From Mytilus edulis (lineage: Eukaryota), in contig NC_092352.1 of NCBI RefSeq assembly GCF_963676685.1, positions 25,172,001 through 25,236,000 on the forward strand: a DNA stretch of 64,000 nt, given 5' to 3'. This document shows, piece after piece, positions 49,296 through 63,201 of this stretch; the stretch's first letter is position 1, and every line of letters begins with the position of its first letter. The notes beneath the pieces were generated by a model. The model saw only the letters and a program-made list of their open reading frames with translations, was not told the origin of the DNA and did no database searches. Both the position numbers and the translations under genes were made by a program.

Positions 49296-51454
49296 TCAAT
49301 CTACAACATTTCCGTGAATTCTTTAATGTCTTAACATGTTTCCTCTAAGTGAACCTGGTTCCTGGTGGAAACATGAACCAATGCAATACTGAGAGCATTA
49401 TACGTTTGTCTTTGATAATCGGGGGAAATCGAGAAAAATGTCCCTTCGCGGATAACAAAACATATCGTTTGATGTGTTTGTGATTTTGATTTTACCATTT
49501 GATTAAGGACTTGCCGTTTTGAATTTTCCTCGGAGTTTAGTATGTTTGTGATTTTACTTTAATACATGTAGATACGTAGATATAGAAAAGTGGTGTAGAT
49601 TAAATATGATGAGATAAACAGATTAAAATTCAAAATTCATAAATGGGCTTACAATCTGTGTCAACACTATGTATGTACAAATTCTATTTTAATATTTTTA
49701 ATCAGGTTGACTTACTGTACCTGAACTTTAGTCCTTGACTGTGTTCTGAACATATGGGGCATTTTAATCAAAGCTGTCCTACGCAATGTCATAAGACCAA
49801 TGTTAGATTGCAATGACACCATTATAGACAGGAAGATAGGTTGAATATTTGAAAAGAATATAGATACAAATTATACTTTAAACGATATTAATAGATGATA
49901 TTTGACATAACTGTCTGCAAGACAGTTGATGACATTTTCCTGTATAAATTGTGAATATCATTCAATGATTAAAACAAAAATGGAAAAAAAGTCAAAGATT
50001 TGCTACAAAGCCAAAAAGCAACAATACTCGTTAACAGCAAAATGCAATGACCGTGACTAACGTGTATTCTAGTAAAAGTTACAATCCAGTGAGTAACGAT
50101 TTAACCAAGGCTTTTCAATTACTATATGGCTAAATTACTCTTCTACACTATTAACTCCATTTACTGCATTTCAACTACAAAGACCACATCCTACTCTAGC
50201 ATATAACCAAACTTCACGACGTAATGATGCCATGCGGAAAGGCATGCGAACATAAGTGGAAGCAATTGATAAATTTTTCGTATCAGCCCCTAAGCATCTT
50301 TTTCAGAAAATGTGATATTTACGTAAATTTGATGCTTTTGTGATGCAGTGAAAATTAAAAGTTATAAACTCTTTATTAATAATTATAACAAGCATATCAA
50401 TCAAGATACAGACAAAGACAATAGAATATGATTATGATTTTTATCACAAATAACATGCAAACAAGAATAAGAGAGAAATAAGTCTACAAAGGATGATAGG
50501 TCAGATTTAAAAAAAAATTGTTAATACCATTAATTTTGTATTATTTTTTTTTATGTTTTAATGCTGTCAAAAAAGAATATAAGTTAAGTTCTACTTCATC
50601 GCTCTTATCGTTTCAAATAAAAAAGTCAGATAATCACTGAATTCATATATTAATTGCAAGTCATCAATTGACATTATCGAGTCTAAAAGATCCTCTTTTT
50701 GCAATCTTTCCATTTCTGAAACTAGTATTACCCGATTAACATGTCTCGGTGTAACAACTGTTGACATAGAAACACAATCAATCAAACAAATTACATATTT
50801 ACTGACATGAGATAATGTTATTCAAACGTTGGTTATTACATATAAGTAAAGTCTAATTAATAATGATCTGAAATCTTGTCCTCGTCCATGAAGTTTGAAA
50901 GATATAACGATACAGATATATGATGATAATTCGCACAATAACGTTTTTATCTGTAAGAAAACTCTGTTTACTATTATGGTTACGTGTATGATGCTAGCAG
51001 ATATTTTGACGATGAATTCTTTGTAATAAATCCTGATCTTTCTGAATATGCATACGAAATTAATCCACTTCATCACACTCTTATCAAAATCAACGTTAAA
51101 ATCAATCGTTGTCCCTTTTTACACTTGCTAATTTAGAATACCCAACATGAAAACAATACGTTAAATAACTTCATTCGTTTGAAGTGCTTTTCTGGATTTA
51201 CCATAATTAGGAATGGTCAAAGCTTAATAGAATGTATAAGAATTAGTTTTGTTATTACTCATGTCGGTATCGAAGTTCTAACCACTGAGCTGATGGTACC
51301 CTTTTACACTAAAACTACTCAGAGTCTGAAATGCCAGACGTTGTGCTCGACAAGTGAAATCAAGCACACATTTTAAAAGAGGGACGAAAGATACCAAACT
51401 GACAGTCAAACTCATAAATCAAAAACAAACTGACAACGCCATGGCTATAAATGG

Positions 51455-52700
51455 AATTTCATCAAACTATATAGCTATCTCAGTTATATATTGATCTTAC
51501 TGAATCCCATGTCGTTTTGTAGTTTGGTGTATTGCTGTCAAATTTAAGGATTAAATAAATCTAGATAAAAAACCTAGAATTTGCATTTCGGACTAAAGTT
51601 AGATAGTACATTCTTTTTACAAATTTTTTTATTACTTTTTCAAATTAATTTGGATTTTCAGCAAACTGTACACCTATCTCAGTTATATATTGGCCTTACT
51701 GAATTCCAAGTTGTTGTGTTGTTTGGTATATTGCTGTCAAATTTAAGTTTTTTTTAAATTAATCAAGGTAAAACAAAAAGCTAGAATTTATGTTAACATT
51801 AAATTCAGATAGTACACTTAAATTTTTTTTCTAACTTTTTCAAATTAACTTTGATTTTCATCAAACTATACAGCTATCTCAGTTATATACTGATCTTACT
51901 GAATCCCATGTTGTTATGTATGTTGGTGTATTGCTGTCAAATTTAAGGATTGAATTAATCTAGGTTCAAAAAGGTTAAAGAAATTATCAAAATTGTTCTT
52001 ATTCTGGTGTGAGGTATAAAGCAATACCTCCTGCATGGGTCAAACTCATTAAATAGATCACACGTACCAGAGTGTATTCAATTCTAAATAATGTTCATTC
52101 AAAATTGCAACATCCTGGTAAACTTAAATCGCAAGGCCTTTTGAATTCAATAGATAAATAATACAAGAGTTTAAGAAAAGTAGGGCTTTCTTTTTACCTG
52201 TAAAACACACATATACTGATGTAATTACACATTATTAAAGTGCTTTTTGTATGCGATGACTATTCTAGTTTTAACAAAACAAAGTTGTCATTTTTTAAAT
52301 TTTATAACTTTTTTCAAATCAACTTAGATTTTCATTGCACTGTTCAGCTATCTTTTTTTATATATTTATCTTACAAAATACCAGGTTGTTTTGTATTTTG
52401 ATGTATTGCCGTCAAGTTTGGGGACTTAGTTTATAGGTAGGAAAAGGCTCAAATGTTCAGTTTTGACAAAATTCAGATAGATGCCTATAATTTAAATATT
52501 TAAATTTGACAGCCATAAACCAAATAATTTGTTTTTTGTAAGATAAATAAATAATGAATATAGCAGTGGATTTTGATGAAAATCCAAGTTGCTTTGAAAT
52601 AGTTATAATTTTTTAAGACTGAAAATTCTAGCTTTCTTTACCATGATTAATTAAACCCCAAAATTTGACAATAATATGTCAAACATCATTTCAACCTGTT
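51455..52700. repeat. About 200-bp tandem repeat (three clear units, one degenerate, one inverted remnant) in P450 intron 1
   Basis: CTATCTCAGTTATATA.TG..CTTACTGAAT at 51475, 51675 and 51875. Confidence 0.8.
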
Positions 52701-52811
52701 GTATCTAATATAGTTATCCCGCAATGTTAAGTCTTTGAGAGAGTATGACCTTGGTATACTGTAAAGACATTAGATCTACTGTTCAGTAATGTTTGTGGGC
52801 CTCTGGTCTTT

Positions 52812-53215
52812 GTTTTATGCCCTTGCAACTCAAAGGTGGAGGGCATATTGTTTTACCCCTGTCCGTCTGTCCGTCCCAATATTGATGTATAGTTATTAAG
52901 CTTAACATATCCTAAAGTTTGAATCCTAGGAAATTTTCACTTTGTTGCTGTTTGTACATGTATATCGACGGTGTGCATGTGTTCAGGATTTTGATTTTTG
53001 TTAATATTCGCTCTTTGAGAGATAGTTGAACTTTGTCACTTTTTGGAATATTTACTTACATAAGAGGATCGTTTTCAGATAACTCCTCTTACAGTTTGAA
53101 TGCTAGAAAGGTTTCACTTTGCTGGCTATTGTACACATATTGAAGATGTGCATGTGGTCAGGATTTGAATTTTATTATTGTTTGCTCTTTTGGGAGATAG
53201 TTGAACTTTAACATA
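52812..53215. mobile_element. Truncated Helentron/pearl-like element with two roughly 180-bp repeats
   Basis: TTTTATGCCC...GGGCATA hairpin, (GTCC)n, then a duplicated GTTTGAAT.CTAG..AA..TTTCACTTTG...GTGCATGTG.TCAGGATTT...GAGATAGTTGAACTTT block. Confidence 0.55.
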
Positions 53216-53517
53216 TTGGGGTATAAGCGGTTAAATGATAAAGTTATTGTAAAATAACACTTTATATCTGCGGGTGAATCAATTTTGTCTCCCACCATAA
53301 ATTCTCAAAGAAAGTCCTACATTGACTTTGTTATAATACAGTTACTTCAGAGTAGAGTGCGAGGGCATCACTTTGTCTAGTTTTCTTTTATGTTTGTGTA
53401 TGTATGTGTGTATCACTTTGCTACAATCCCATTGATATATATACATATACTTAATTTTATACTGTAATGTACAAAAATAACACAAGATCCGGTCGCGTAT
53501 TTGCATAATCTGTTTAC

Positions 53518-53869
53518 CTTGATGTTGTAATAGCCTTGTGAAAAAGAAATTGTCTGGTCTATCACTGAACATGTCACCTTGTTTCACTAAAGCATCCTTT
53601 AAATTCTCGTATCCATTTATAACTACTATCCAACTCGACCCCAACTTCAAACTGTATATATCACCATACTGTTGTCGTAATTCACGGAAAGCTTCAATCA
53701 AATTTTGTTTTCCTGTGATGGACATCATGTTTCCAACGACTGGCCAGAGACGAGGCCCGGGAGGCATTCCAGACGGACGACGACATTGCTTTATTAGTGT
53801 ATACGTTATAAGACCGAACAAAACAAGAAACAAAATTGACGATGCATCAGTGAAAAGAGAAAAATCCAT
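53518..53869 (-). CDS. Cytochrome P450 exon 1; full spliced CDS 352+519+444+182 = 1497 nt, 498 aa
   Basis: N-terminal membrane anchor, PPGPRLWPVVGN hinge, YGDIYSLKLG and FSDRP. Donor CAAG|GTAAAC. All three introns are phase 1 and the frame is intact. Confidence 0.95.
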
Positions 53870-56047
53870 CTTATTTTATGAAAAATGAGACAGGTATACT
53901 GACCTTGTCACTGATAAGATAAAATTTGTTTTAAAATGTTATTAACATTTGTTACATGATAATGTACGATTATACGATCAACTTATTGTACTAAATGTTT
54001 TTGGTTTATATCCTTCCTTTTGGCATTGAAGCATAAGATCTTCGACCAAAGACGAGTTTACATGAACATTTCAAATGATATGTTGGCAGAATCTGTTGTT
54101 TTTTTAAATGTTAATTTAGTTAACATGATTGTTATCATTATTTCAAGACTCCAATATTATTAGGGCACAAAATACTAACAATACCAAGTTTCATATGGAC
54201 ATATTGATGGTCAGTTCAATCAAAAGTTCTCAATATCAAATCTGTTCCTATTTTCGCTAACCAATTGTAAAGATCCTTTTTTTTCATTTTGGCAGATTCA
54301 AATAGAATATATGTATACAGTGTTTCTTGACCAATGGCAGCACGTCAACTTTTCAGTGTGGGAGAAATAAAAATTGTTGTGGTGTCTGCAAATTTCGTGC
54401 AACAGGAACCACAAAAAACGTTAATACAAATGTATTCTAAAAGTTTCTACAGAAGACTCATCAGTGACGCTCATATCAAAATTTTTATATAAAGCATACG
54501 TTTGATGAACATAGCAAATAAGTATAAAAGACAGAACAACAATAACAAAAACCTTACCGGTAACAACCGTTGCCATATTGTTTTTTTCTCGACGATAAGT
54601 CATGTCAATTTCCGAGGTATCAAGCCGTTTTGTGTATCTGGATAGTACGACGTTTGCAATTAGAATGCCTCACTAATACAGTTTGCATATTAAAGACAAT
54701 TGAACAATTATTAAGATTACACACAAAAAATACATATCGGTTGATGAACTACGATGTATAACAAGAGATATTTAGTCTATAATAAAATAAGGGATTTTGA
54801 GCTTTTCAATTCTTTAAGCTGAATCAGAGCATGGATGTGAAATGAAAAGAAATAACAATAAAATTGAGAACGGGGATTGAGTTAAAGAGTCAACAACCCA
54901 ACCCAAGAGCAGAAAAAACTCACAGGCCACCAAAGGCACCACAGAAAAAAAAACGCAACTGGAAGTGGACTTCAGTTGGCTACGAGTTTTAATATGAATT
55001 AATGACACCAGAGCTCTTTAAAAGCATATGATATAAAAAAAAAAATATTGTCTCACCGGCAAGACATCTTCAGTTACTATCTGTGATACCGCGGTAAAAT
55101 GGCATCTTGAATGTCTTTATATACATGTAACGTGATTTTAGCATTACTTGTAAATATGGCAGACCTGCTTATTGTGTTAAGGAGTATTATTCATCATTGT
55201 TTTCAATGTAAAGAATGTATCGTTGTATCAAATAAAAAAAATCTTGTTTAGCTAGTTCTACAGACAAAAATATACATATTTTTGCATTGCATATATGTTA
55301 ATGACCATCACTGTTTAAAATTATTTTTTTTTTTTCAAATTATAAAAATTCCTTTTTTTTTTCTTCTAGTTCATGCGATAGTCTTGATGTTTTATTTTCA
55401 TACCAAAATGACCAATTTTTATTACAATGTATACAGATATTCTGAATTCTATATGATACTGCATTTTCTATATAATGTATTGTTTACACCTGTTTATGTC
55501 ACGAATAAAAGCTATAATAAATAATGGTGTTCTTAAGTCTTCCAAGCTCCAGTCGTGTTTTTAACAAGTCCACTGTTTCTGTTTTACGATAGTGATCAGT
55601 GCTCTTTCTTTCTATCCTTTAAAAACGATTAAAAAATCAAATACGTTGTTCATTATTCGAAATAGATCAAGAAGGAGAGTAACACTAAATTCGAAATAAG
55701 GAATTGTATTACAGTAAGCACTTTTAACAATTAAGGAATTCACTTCATAAAGAAGGGATTAATTTCAAATAGTTTATAAGCTGAAATTGTAATTATCTGT
55801 ACGCAGTACTGTGGAGATATCTGACAATCTTTTTAATTGGTCGTTTTACATTGTAAAATATACAAGCATTTTTTGTTCTCGAAAACAAGTATTGTAAGTG
55901 TCATTACAGATAAAAAATAATTGTGATATTATGTATCCTCAACTCATTCATACCCATATAAGATGCAAGCATACTTACTACTGAGGAATGAGGTGAATAA
56001 TTAACAACTGAACTATTTTCGGAAAACGATGCCCCATTTTGGTCAAC

Positions 56048-57156
56048 CAGGGGCGGATTTAGGCGGGGGCGTGGCGGTCATGCGCCCCCCCCCCCTAAAA
56101 TTTGCAAAGCATGGGTTGTCCTCAGCTCAATAAAGTATCTGAACAGACGACGAATGTTAATCTCGTCGCATTGCATCTGTTTTAACATTCAAAAAAGTAT
56201 ATAAAACAGTAAGTTTAACAGAATCAACGTGATTACTAATAAACTGACCTACGGTTTATTTATAAGTTCTATAAATATATTATACTTCATCGCGGTTCTG
56301 CGTTTGGTGAAAAAATATCATAGGCTTTTAGCAGTTCAAGTAAAACAATGTGACATGGTAGTTGCGGATTTTATAAACAATTGCTTTGATAAGTTCAAAA
56401 ACAACCCTACCTCACTTTCCCACGAAGTAGGCGAAAGTGCCTTACCCGCGATTGGGTTGGTTATTTCATTATGGCACGGCCAAGAAAACAGTCCTGTTTA
56501 AATTCTTTCTTAATGAAAGATAGGAATACTGGTTCAAGCGAAAGGTTCGTTTATTAATTTGTATCATTGTTTAACATCTCTGTATGATATCAATATGTTT
56601 CTCACTTTCAACCTGTAAAGTTTGCCGAAGCATGCATAAACGGTGAAGACCCCCAACCCGTACTACCGTATTACATAGGATCCCACGAAAATAAACATAT
56701 CGTCGCAAGGACCTCATTCTGATTTTACAGGTTTGCGGTAGAAATGTATATAAAAAGTTTGACACGACCTCCGGAAATAGAATAAAAGACAATTAAAAAT
56801 CGCTGGCAAAAGTAGAAATTCTTGTTTTCAAAATCTTATATTGGTCGGTGAGCTATTATATTGAGTCAATGAATAGAAGCTCGCAGATTTCTTGTTAATT
56901 ATAGTGATTACAAATTGTAAGGGGTGGATTTATGCGGGTTTAGCTTGAAACTTAAATTTCTCGCTAATTTTACCACAAAATATTTATTTCTCGCCACGCT
57001 TGGCAAGATATCTACATTGCACCCTCTCTAGAAGAATATTTCAATAATTTCGATAATAATACCTTAAAAAAAATTCGCCTCGCTCCGCTCCGCCGAAATT
57101 TAAGTTTGCGCCCCCCCCCCCCCCCCCCCTAATCGAAAATCCTGGATCCGCCCCTG
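56048..57156. mobile_element. Non-autonomous hAT-like DNA transposon with 5-bp target-site duplication
   Basis: TCAAC|CAGGGGCGGAT...ATCCGCCCCTG|TCAAC. It is absent from the paralogous region near 28.9-29.0 kb. Confidence 0.8.
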
Positions 57157-57313
57157 TCAACCTAATTCTAAAATGAACATTTTCAAATTTAAAGAAAAAA
57201 ACGAAGAATAACATTTAATTAACGTAAAAATTCAAATATCAAACTGTTATAAAAATATAGTATTCAGTTTTCAATTTTTGACTGTGAGGTTTATATTTTG
57301 TATGTTAACTTAC

Positions 57314-57368
57314 ATGTTTGAACGACACCCAATACAATACCTATTGGAATACCAACACTTATTAATAG
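57314..57368 (-). pseudogene. TM-anchor exon of HEPN-like copy 4
   Basis: Acceptor ...CATACTTACAG|, donor |GTAAGT. Reads LLISVGIPIGIVLGVVQT plus T; same 55-nt length as in copy 3. Confidence 0.75.
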
Positions 57369-58569
57369 CTGTAAGTATGTAAGTTAAGGAAATTGTAACG
57401 TCAGGTTTTTATTTACATTCTATACATTTAATCCTATAATAGATTGACAAATTGTGTATTACACTTTTATATACTATTATGTATCATTAAATTTCGGATA
57501 ATATCAATGAAACATCCCCCAAATTACCAAAGGTCAAAGATGTTCAACAACAACAGAACACCAAACGGTCTTTACAGTTAATAAATCCCATATATTGCAA
57601 AGGACATTCTGTAAAACTGCTATCAAATTACATAATATTCTAAGCATTTTTTTCCGATAATAAACTAATATAAAATTATATATGAACTATAATTACAAAA
57701 ATACTGAACTCCGAGGAAAATTCAAAACGGAGAGTCCCTATTCAAATAGCTAAATCAAAAGGTTAATTACATCAAACGAATGGACAACAATTGTTTAATT
57801 TTGACTTGGTACAGGCATTTTATTATGTAGGAAATGGTGGATTAAACCTGGTTTATACCGTTTTTTTAATATGATGTATTTAAAAATTAACAAATTATCA
57901 ATCAGAATACTATCCACCAGAAAATCAAAGTTCAAGGATGTTCAACAAGTACAGGACACCTAAAGGACTTCAACTGTTAATAAAAAAAAAACATACTATA
58001 TAGTACGATATACATTGCGTGAAATTGTTATCAGCTTTCTCTGATGAAATTACAAAAGAGAGGCGAACGATACCAAAGATATTCAAACTTACATCGGCAT
58101 TGCAAATAAAAAACAAAACTAAACGACAAACAGCAGTATACAAAACAGAACATATAACACTAGATATTGAGCAATACTATCACCACAACTAAGGGCAACA
58201 GTAGTATACCGCTGTTCGAAATTCATAAATCGATTGAGAAAACAACAAATCCGAGTTACAAACTAAAACTGAGAGACACATCAAATATAAGAGGAGAACT
58301 ATGACACAACAGTAAAATGTAACACACACAAAAACGAACTATAATATAACAATGACCATTTTCCTGACTTAATATAGGAAATTTAAAGAAAAAAATGGTG
58401 GGTTGAACCTGGTTTTGCGACTAGCCAAACCTCGCGCTTTTATGGAAATTTTAACTACAACATTGAAATGACAACATTACATGACAGGACTACAGTACAA
58501 ATAAATGCAAGAACATTCAGGACAAAGAAATACACAAACAAACATTACATTTGGACATTTCAACATGCT

Positions 58570-58725
58570 AATAGTTATCAAAGGTACTAGGCTTGTAATT
58601 TAATATACCATACGTGCGTTTCGTCTTCATAAGACTCACCAGTGACGCTCAGATGAAAAAGGTTAAAAAAAAAACCAAACAAGTACAAAGTTGAAGATCA
58701 CTAGTGACCCAAAATTCTAAAAATA
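58570..58725 (-). mobile_element. Hammerhead-bearing repeat copy (CTGGTGA variant core, 58605-58650)
   Basis: Reverse strand reads GAGCGTCACTGGTGAGTCTTATGAAGACGAAACGCACGTATGGTA. Confidence 0.75.
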
Positions 58726-60061
58726 GGGGGATGATTCGGAAGAGTGAACAGAGACTGATCTATGCATTGCTCATGTAAGTACAAACCCTTTGGTACGTCT
58801 AATCAGGTAGGTCACATTCGGGGAAATGGAAGACGGGATTGTGGTTACGCCGATTGGAATAGAAAATGGGAACGGACAATGTGTCGAACAGGTAATAACC
58901 CGACCTACTAGCAAGATAAAAAAGACCAAGGCCACCAATAGGTCGAACAAGCTGTTAAAAAAATCCTGCACCCGGAGGCGGACTGCAAATGGTATCTCAA
59001 AAATAATGTTTACTATTTCGGTGAAATTGACGCCACATTGATTATTTAACCATAACCAAAAAGGAACAGAAAACAGAACATCCATGTGTCACGGTATACG
59101 TTTTAAAGACAGGCAATACCCCTACTGATTAAAGCTATAGATGGACCCTGAATACGAAATAAGACCCCATAACACAAAAAATATAACAAACGTTATGATT
59201 TCGTTCCTGAGCGACAAATCATTGCTTGATTTCAAATTCGTCTCGGTTTATATTCTTGTGTATCTAAACGAACTTATTTCATTACCTTTCACCTCTGATA
59301 TACATGGATACATATACGAGATTTGTAAGTTTTAATTTTACATGCCATTTTATTTTCATATCAACCGCTTGCTTCAGAATTATTATGAAGGATACAAGTA
59401 GCATACTTATTAGAAGTTTAAAACATTTAAAACATGAATTCCTGCATCCCTGCAAAAAAAGGAAATGTTAAAGAAATTAATAAGAGTAATATTCTTAATT
59501 TTGACCAGGAAAAAAACCCTTAATTTAAGTATGAAGACTTAAAATCCATGACTGCAAAAATGAGTTAATCTTTGAATTTAAAATGATATAACAATTAAAC
59601 ATCCAAGTATCAAACTTAATTCCATTTAAACAGATAAATAAATCTTTGAACTATAAAATTATTAAAATTATAAATAGTGTGCATACATGTAGTCTCTTCT
59701 ACTGTTTGGTTTGATAATTGTTGAAGGCCGTATGATAACCTGTAGATGATACATCCTTGCCCATCAGGTCTAATTGGCAATCACCCAATATCTTATTGTT
59801 ATACTATGTTTTCCTTTAAATAAATTTTAAAAAAAAAATATGTTTCTACAGGAAATGATGCCACGCTCACGCAATCATACTTTCATGTTTAGTACATTGT
59901 AGAATCTGCGTCATGTAATTATAATTATTTAATTCATCATAGATACCAAGATTGAAATTTAGTAATTTAACATATATTTTATAAAAAGTTCACATTTTAT
60001 TAGAAGGGGCATAACATCATCATCAGGTATTTAATATAAGCTGTTATATTTTCAATATTGA

Positions 60062-61252
60062 CTAGAACACACCCGCGAAATCGCGGGCATTAGAGCTTTT
60101 GAGATTTCATATCTGGAGAATTTAAAAAAGGTATCAAAATGTATAGGTACTTGGAAACAGCTTAAGTCCTCTTCCAAAGTCCCGTTATTTTTTTCTGTTA
60201 AATTCCATTATTTTCGCGTTTCTGTATACTATGAACATACGTATCTATATTATAAATATTAAAGTGTATTTAATTTTCTATTAACTATTAATTCTATAAA
60301 GTTTTTTCTCCATGGCGATCACTGCTATATTATATAGAGAGTCTCTATATATTACAGTAGTATATTATTCATAGTATACGGGGATGATGCAGAAAAACGT
60401 GAAAATAATTGTCTTGTCCCCGTCCAGGTTCTTATGAAAAATTGAGTGTAAGTTAAAACCGAGGTATAATAGTAGTGGATCTTACGATCTAAAAACCACG
60501 ATATGGACAACGCTCTGATTGGCTTATTTATTTATCATTTTATTGTTATCTATCATACGATTGGATATCAATGTTAAAACCGGTAGTCATGTCTGACTTA
60601 AAAGTCGGTTTGGTGACGGAAACCTACTGCTTTATTGTATAGAGAGTGCATCTAAAACAAAAAGAGAGTTATTTGTGGAAAACTTTTAGTGCATACTAAG
60701 TTTTAATTAACTCCCGTCTGGATAATATCCGTTGAGGAGGTGTTCCATAATTGGAAGGAAATACATATAGAAGAGGAAGAAGAAGAAGAAGAAGAGTCTC
60801 TATGTATTATAATAGTATATTAATCATAGTATACATGCAGATAAACGCAAAAATAATTGTCCTTTCCCCGTCCAAGAACTTAGAAAAATTATGTGTAAGT
60901 TAAAACCGAAGTATAATAGTAGTGGTTCTTACGATATATAAAAACCACGATATGGACAACGCTCTGATTGGCTTGTTTATTTTTCATTTTTGTTAACTAT
61001 CATACGATTGGTTCTCAATGTTAAAACCGGAAGTCATGTGTGACATGAAAGTCTGTTTGATGACGGAAGCGATATTCGGATGCCTTAATTTTCGTTTTTC
61101 TCCCAAAATAACCCAAACTGAATGGTTATAAGAATGGATGACAAATGCGACTATGCATGGTACCTATAGGACACAGAGGCATGATGATTAATTTATTGTG
61201 GGAGGAAGAGAAGCGACACACAAAATGAAGTCTTCTCGTTTAATAGTATAGA
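60062..61252 (-). mobile_element. Non-autonomous Helitron
   Basis: On the minus strand A|TC... start at 61252, GC-rich hairpin CCCGCGA-AA-TCGCGGG at 60072-60087, and ...CTAG|T end. There is an internal direct repeat of about 280 bp (60335-60625 and 60792-61070). Confidence 0.85.
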
Positions 61253-62014
61253 TTAATTTCACTGATAAAATATATCTTTTGCAGGTAACACATTTTGGTA
61301 CCAGTTTTTTCTAAACTAGATGGGCATTTGGACAATAAATGTGTCCTTGGTGATGCTTGAGGTCTAAATAGTTCACAGTCCAAAGCTTAGTAAATAAGAA
61401 GGGATGTCTGAATTAGCTGTAGATATATATTGATTATAACTGCATTACACATTCTAGTGGTTGGGTTGTCGAGTCTACTGCCAAAGTGTGCCATGCACCT
61501 TTTCGTAAAATGTGTCTGTTTACAAATAGCTTTAAAACTTTAAGTTTATCATATTATCATTTAATGTTATAAGCATCTAGTATCGGTGCTTAAAGGTGTG
61601 TCTTATACATATTAGTTTCTTGTGTATAATTCTGAGTTTGGTATGGCGTCCATTATCCCTGAACTAGTATACATATTTTTCAAGCGCCAGCTGAAGGACA
61701 CTCCTGGTGCGGACGTTTCTCGCTACATTGAAGACCCATTGGTAGCCTTCGGCTGTTGTCTGCTTTATAGTCGGGTTGTTGTCGCTTTGATACTTTCCCG
61801 ATTTCCTTTCTTAATTTTATTTTTATGTTGCAATATTTTCTTGTCGAAACTGACCTTTTTTAACCCGATTTTTGTCACTTCTTTTCAATGGACTGTTAAG
61901 GTACGACGAAAATAGCAGAAATGAATGACGTGATCTTTTGTACCCTATTGTATTAAGGTATTAAAATTTGCAACGACCACTTTTTTTTTGTGGAAAACGC
62001 TTTCAGAATATTAA

Positions 62015-62589
62015 CTGGCCATCTAAATCAGTAGGTGCAGTTACTCTCAAATTCTTTATTCTATCTATCTGCTGCTGAGTAACACCTAGGACCATTAATT
62101 AAACTGTCTGTAGTGGTATTCCATTTGGTTTGAAATTCATCATACGGAATTATTCTTGCTCTTATGTCATGCATCTATTGGTTGAATTCATTTAGTCTCT
62201 TCAAATCTTCAACTTAGTAATCATTGAGAATTCGATTATAAGGAAACATATAACATTTAGATTAAGATTAGATTGTGCATGTTGTTATAACTTGACAAAT
62301 ACAACCTGACTTCCTGCAACTATTTGTTTTTTCGTATTTATACAGGAAGCTCCATTGTTTTTGGGTCAGTGTTCCCTTTTTTTGGATATGTACAGTTAGC
62401 ATGCAGTGAACAACACGTTGTATTGACACGAAAACAGTGCACAATGCGATGTATATTTGTATCTAAAAATTGGTAGAACGACAATCTATTTTCTCGCAGA
62501 TGGTTGTCCAGAATCTTTTCACACGTTGGGTATACTAATTGATTTAATAATCCATTCAGACGCTCGTAATTTTGGTTTTCTGATGTCAT
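62015..62589 (-). pseudogene. HEPN-like copy 4 main exon, pseudogenised
   Basis: Starts MTSENQNYERL, then a +1 frameshift in the A-run near 62375. Further deletions near 62270 and 62215, a 4-nt insertion near 62097, and the homologous GT donor changed to TT. Confidence 0.85.
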
Positions 62590-63201
62590 GTTTCTTGCAG
62601 GGACAAAAGAATAACCTGAAATGATAGTTATTATTGAATTATTGGTCGTGTCTGTGTCTATCTGTTTTATTCGTGACGTTGCTGTTTGAAATTTTGCGCG
62701 AAAAATAGCTATCAAAAATAAGGGATTACCGATTATGTACTTTTGCTTACATTCATAGAACGCGAACATTCTTCGATACGGTACTATGGAATGTTGTATG
62801 TTTGTACCTGTGTTTGTTGTTGGTCATACTAGCATGATTGTATGGCTTTTTTCTAAAATGATGATCATTGTTTGTTGTTGTTGTTTTTTATTCCTGTTGT
62901 AATTCCACTGCTCGAAATTAAAGGAAGTTGTTTTTGTGTTAAAACTAACAATGACGGTGTAAACCTGGCACGCACATATCTATCTGTTTATGAATCTTGA
63001 TGTGTAGTCTTAAGTTATGTCTTTATGTTTAAGTCATTTAAGACGTCCGTTTTATTAACAAATTTTGATAGCCTGTTAAAATTATTATCAATTTCTCAAT
63101 ATTATCTTTTATTTATATTTTAAAGCCGAAGTTACTATGAAATTATAAAGAAAAACATGAATTTGTTTATATATAATATATATATATATTTAGAATCTTA
63201 C

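Noticed and set aside
50591-51076. Short minus-strand ORFs in P450 intron 1 as a possible viral or Polinton remnant
   Set aside because: No recognisable motif and no continuous frame; cannot be supported without a search.
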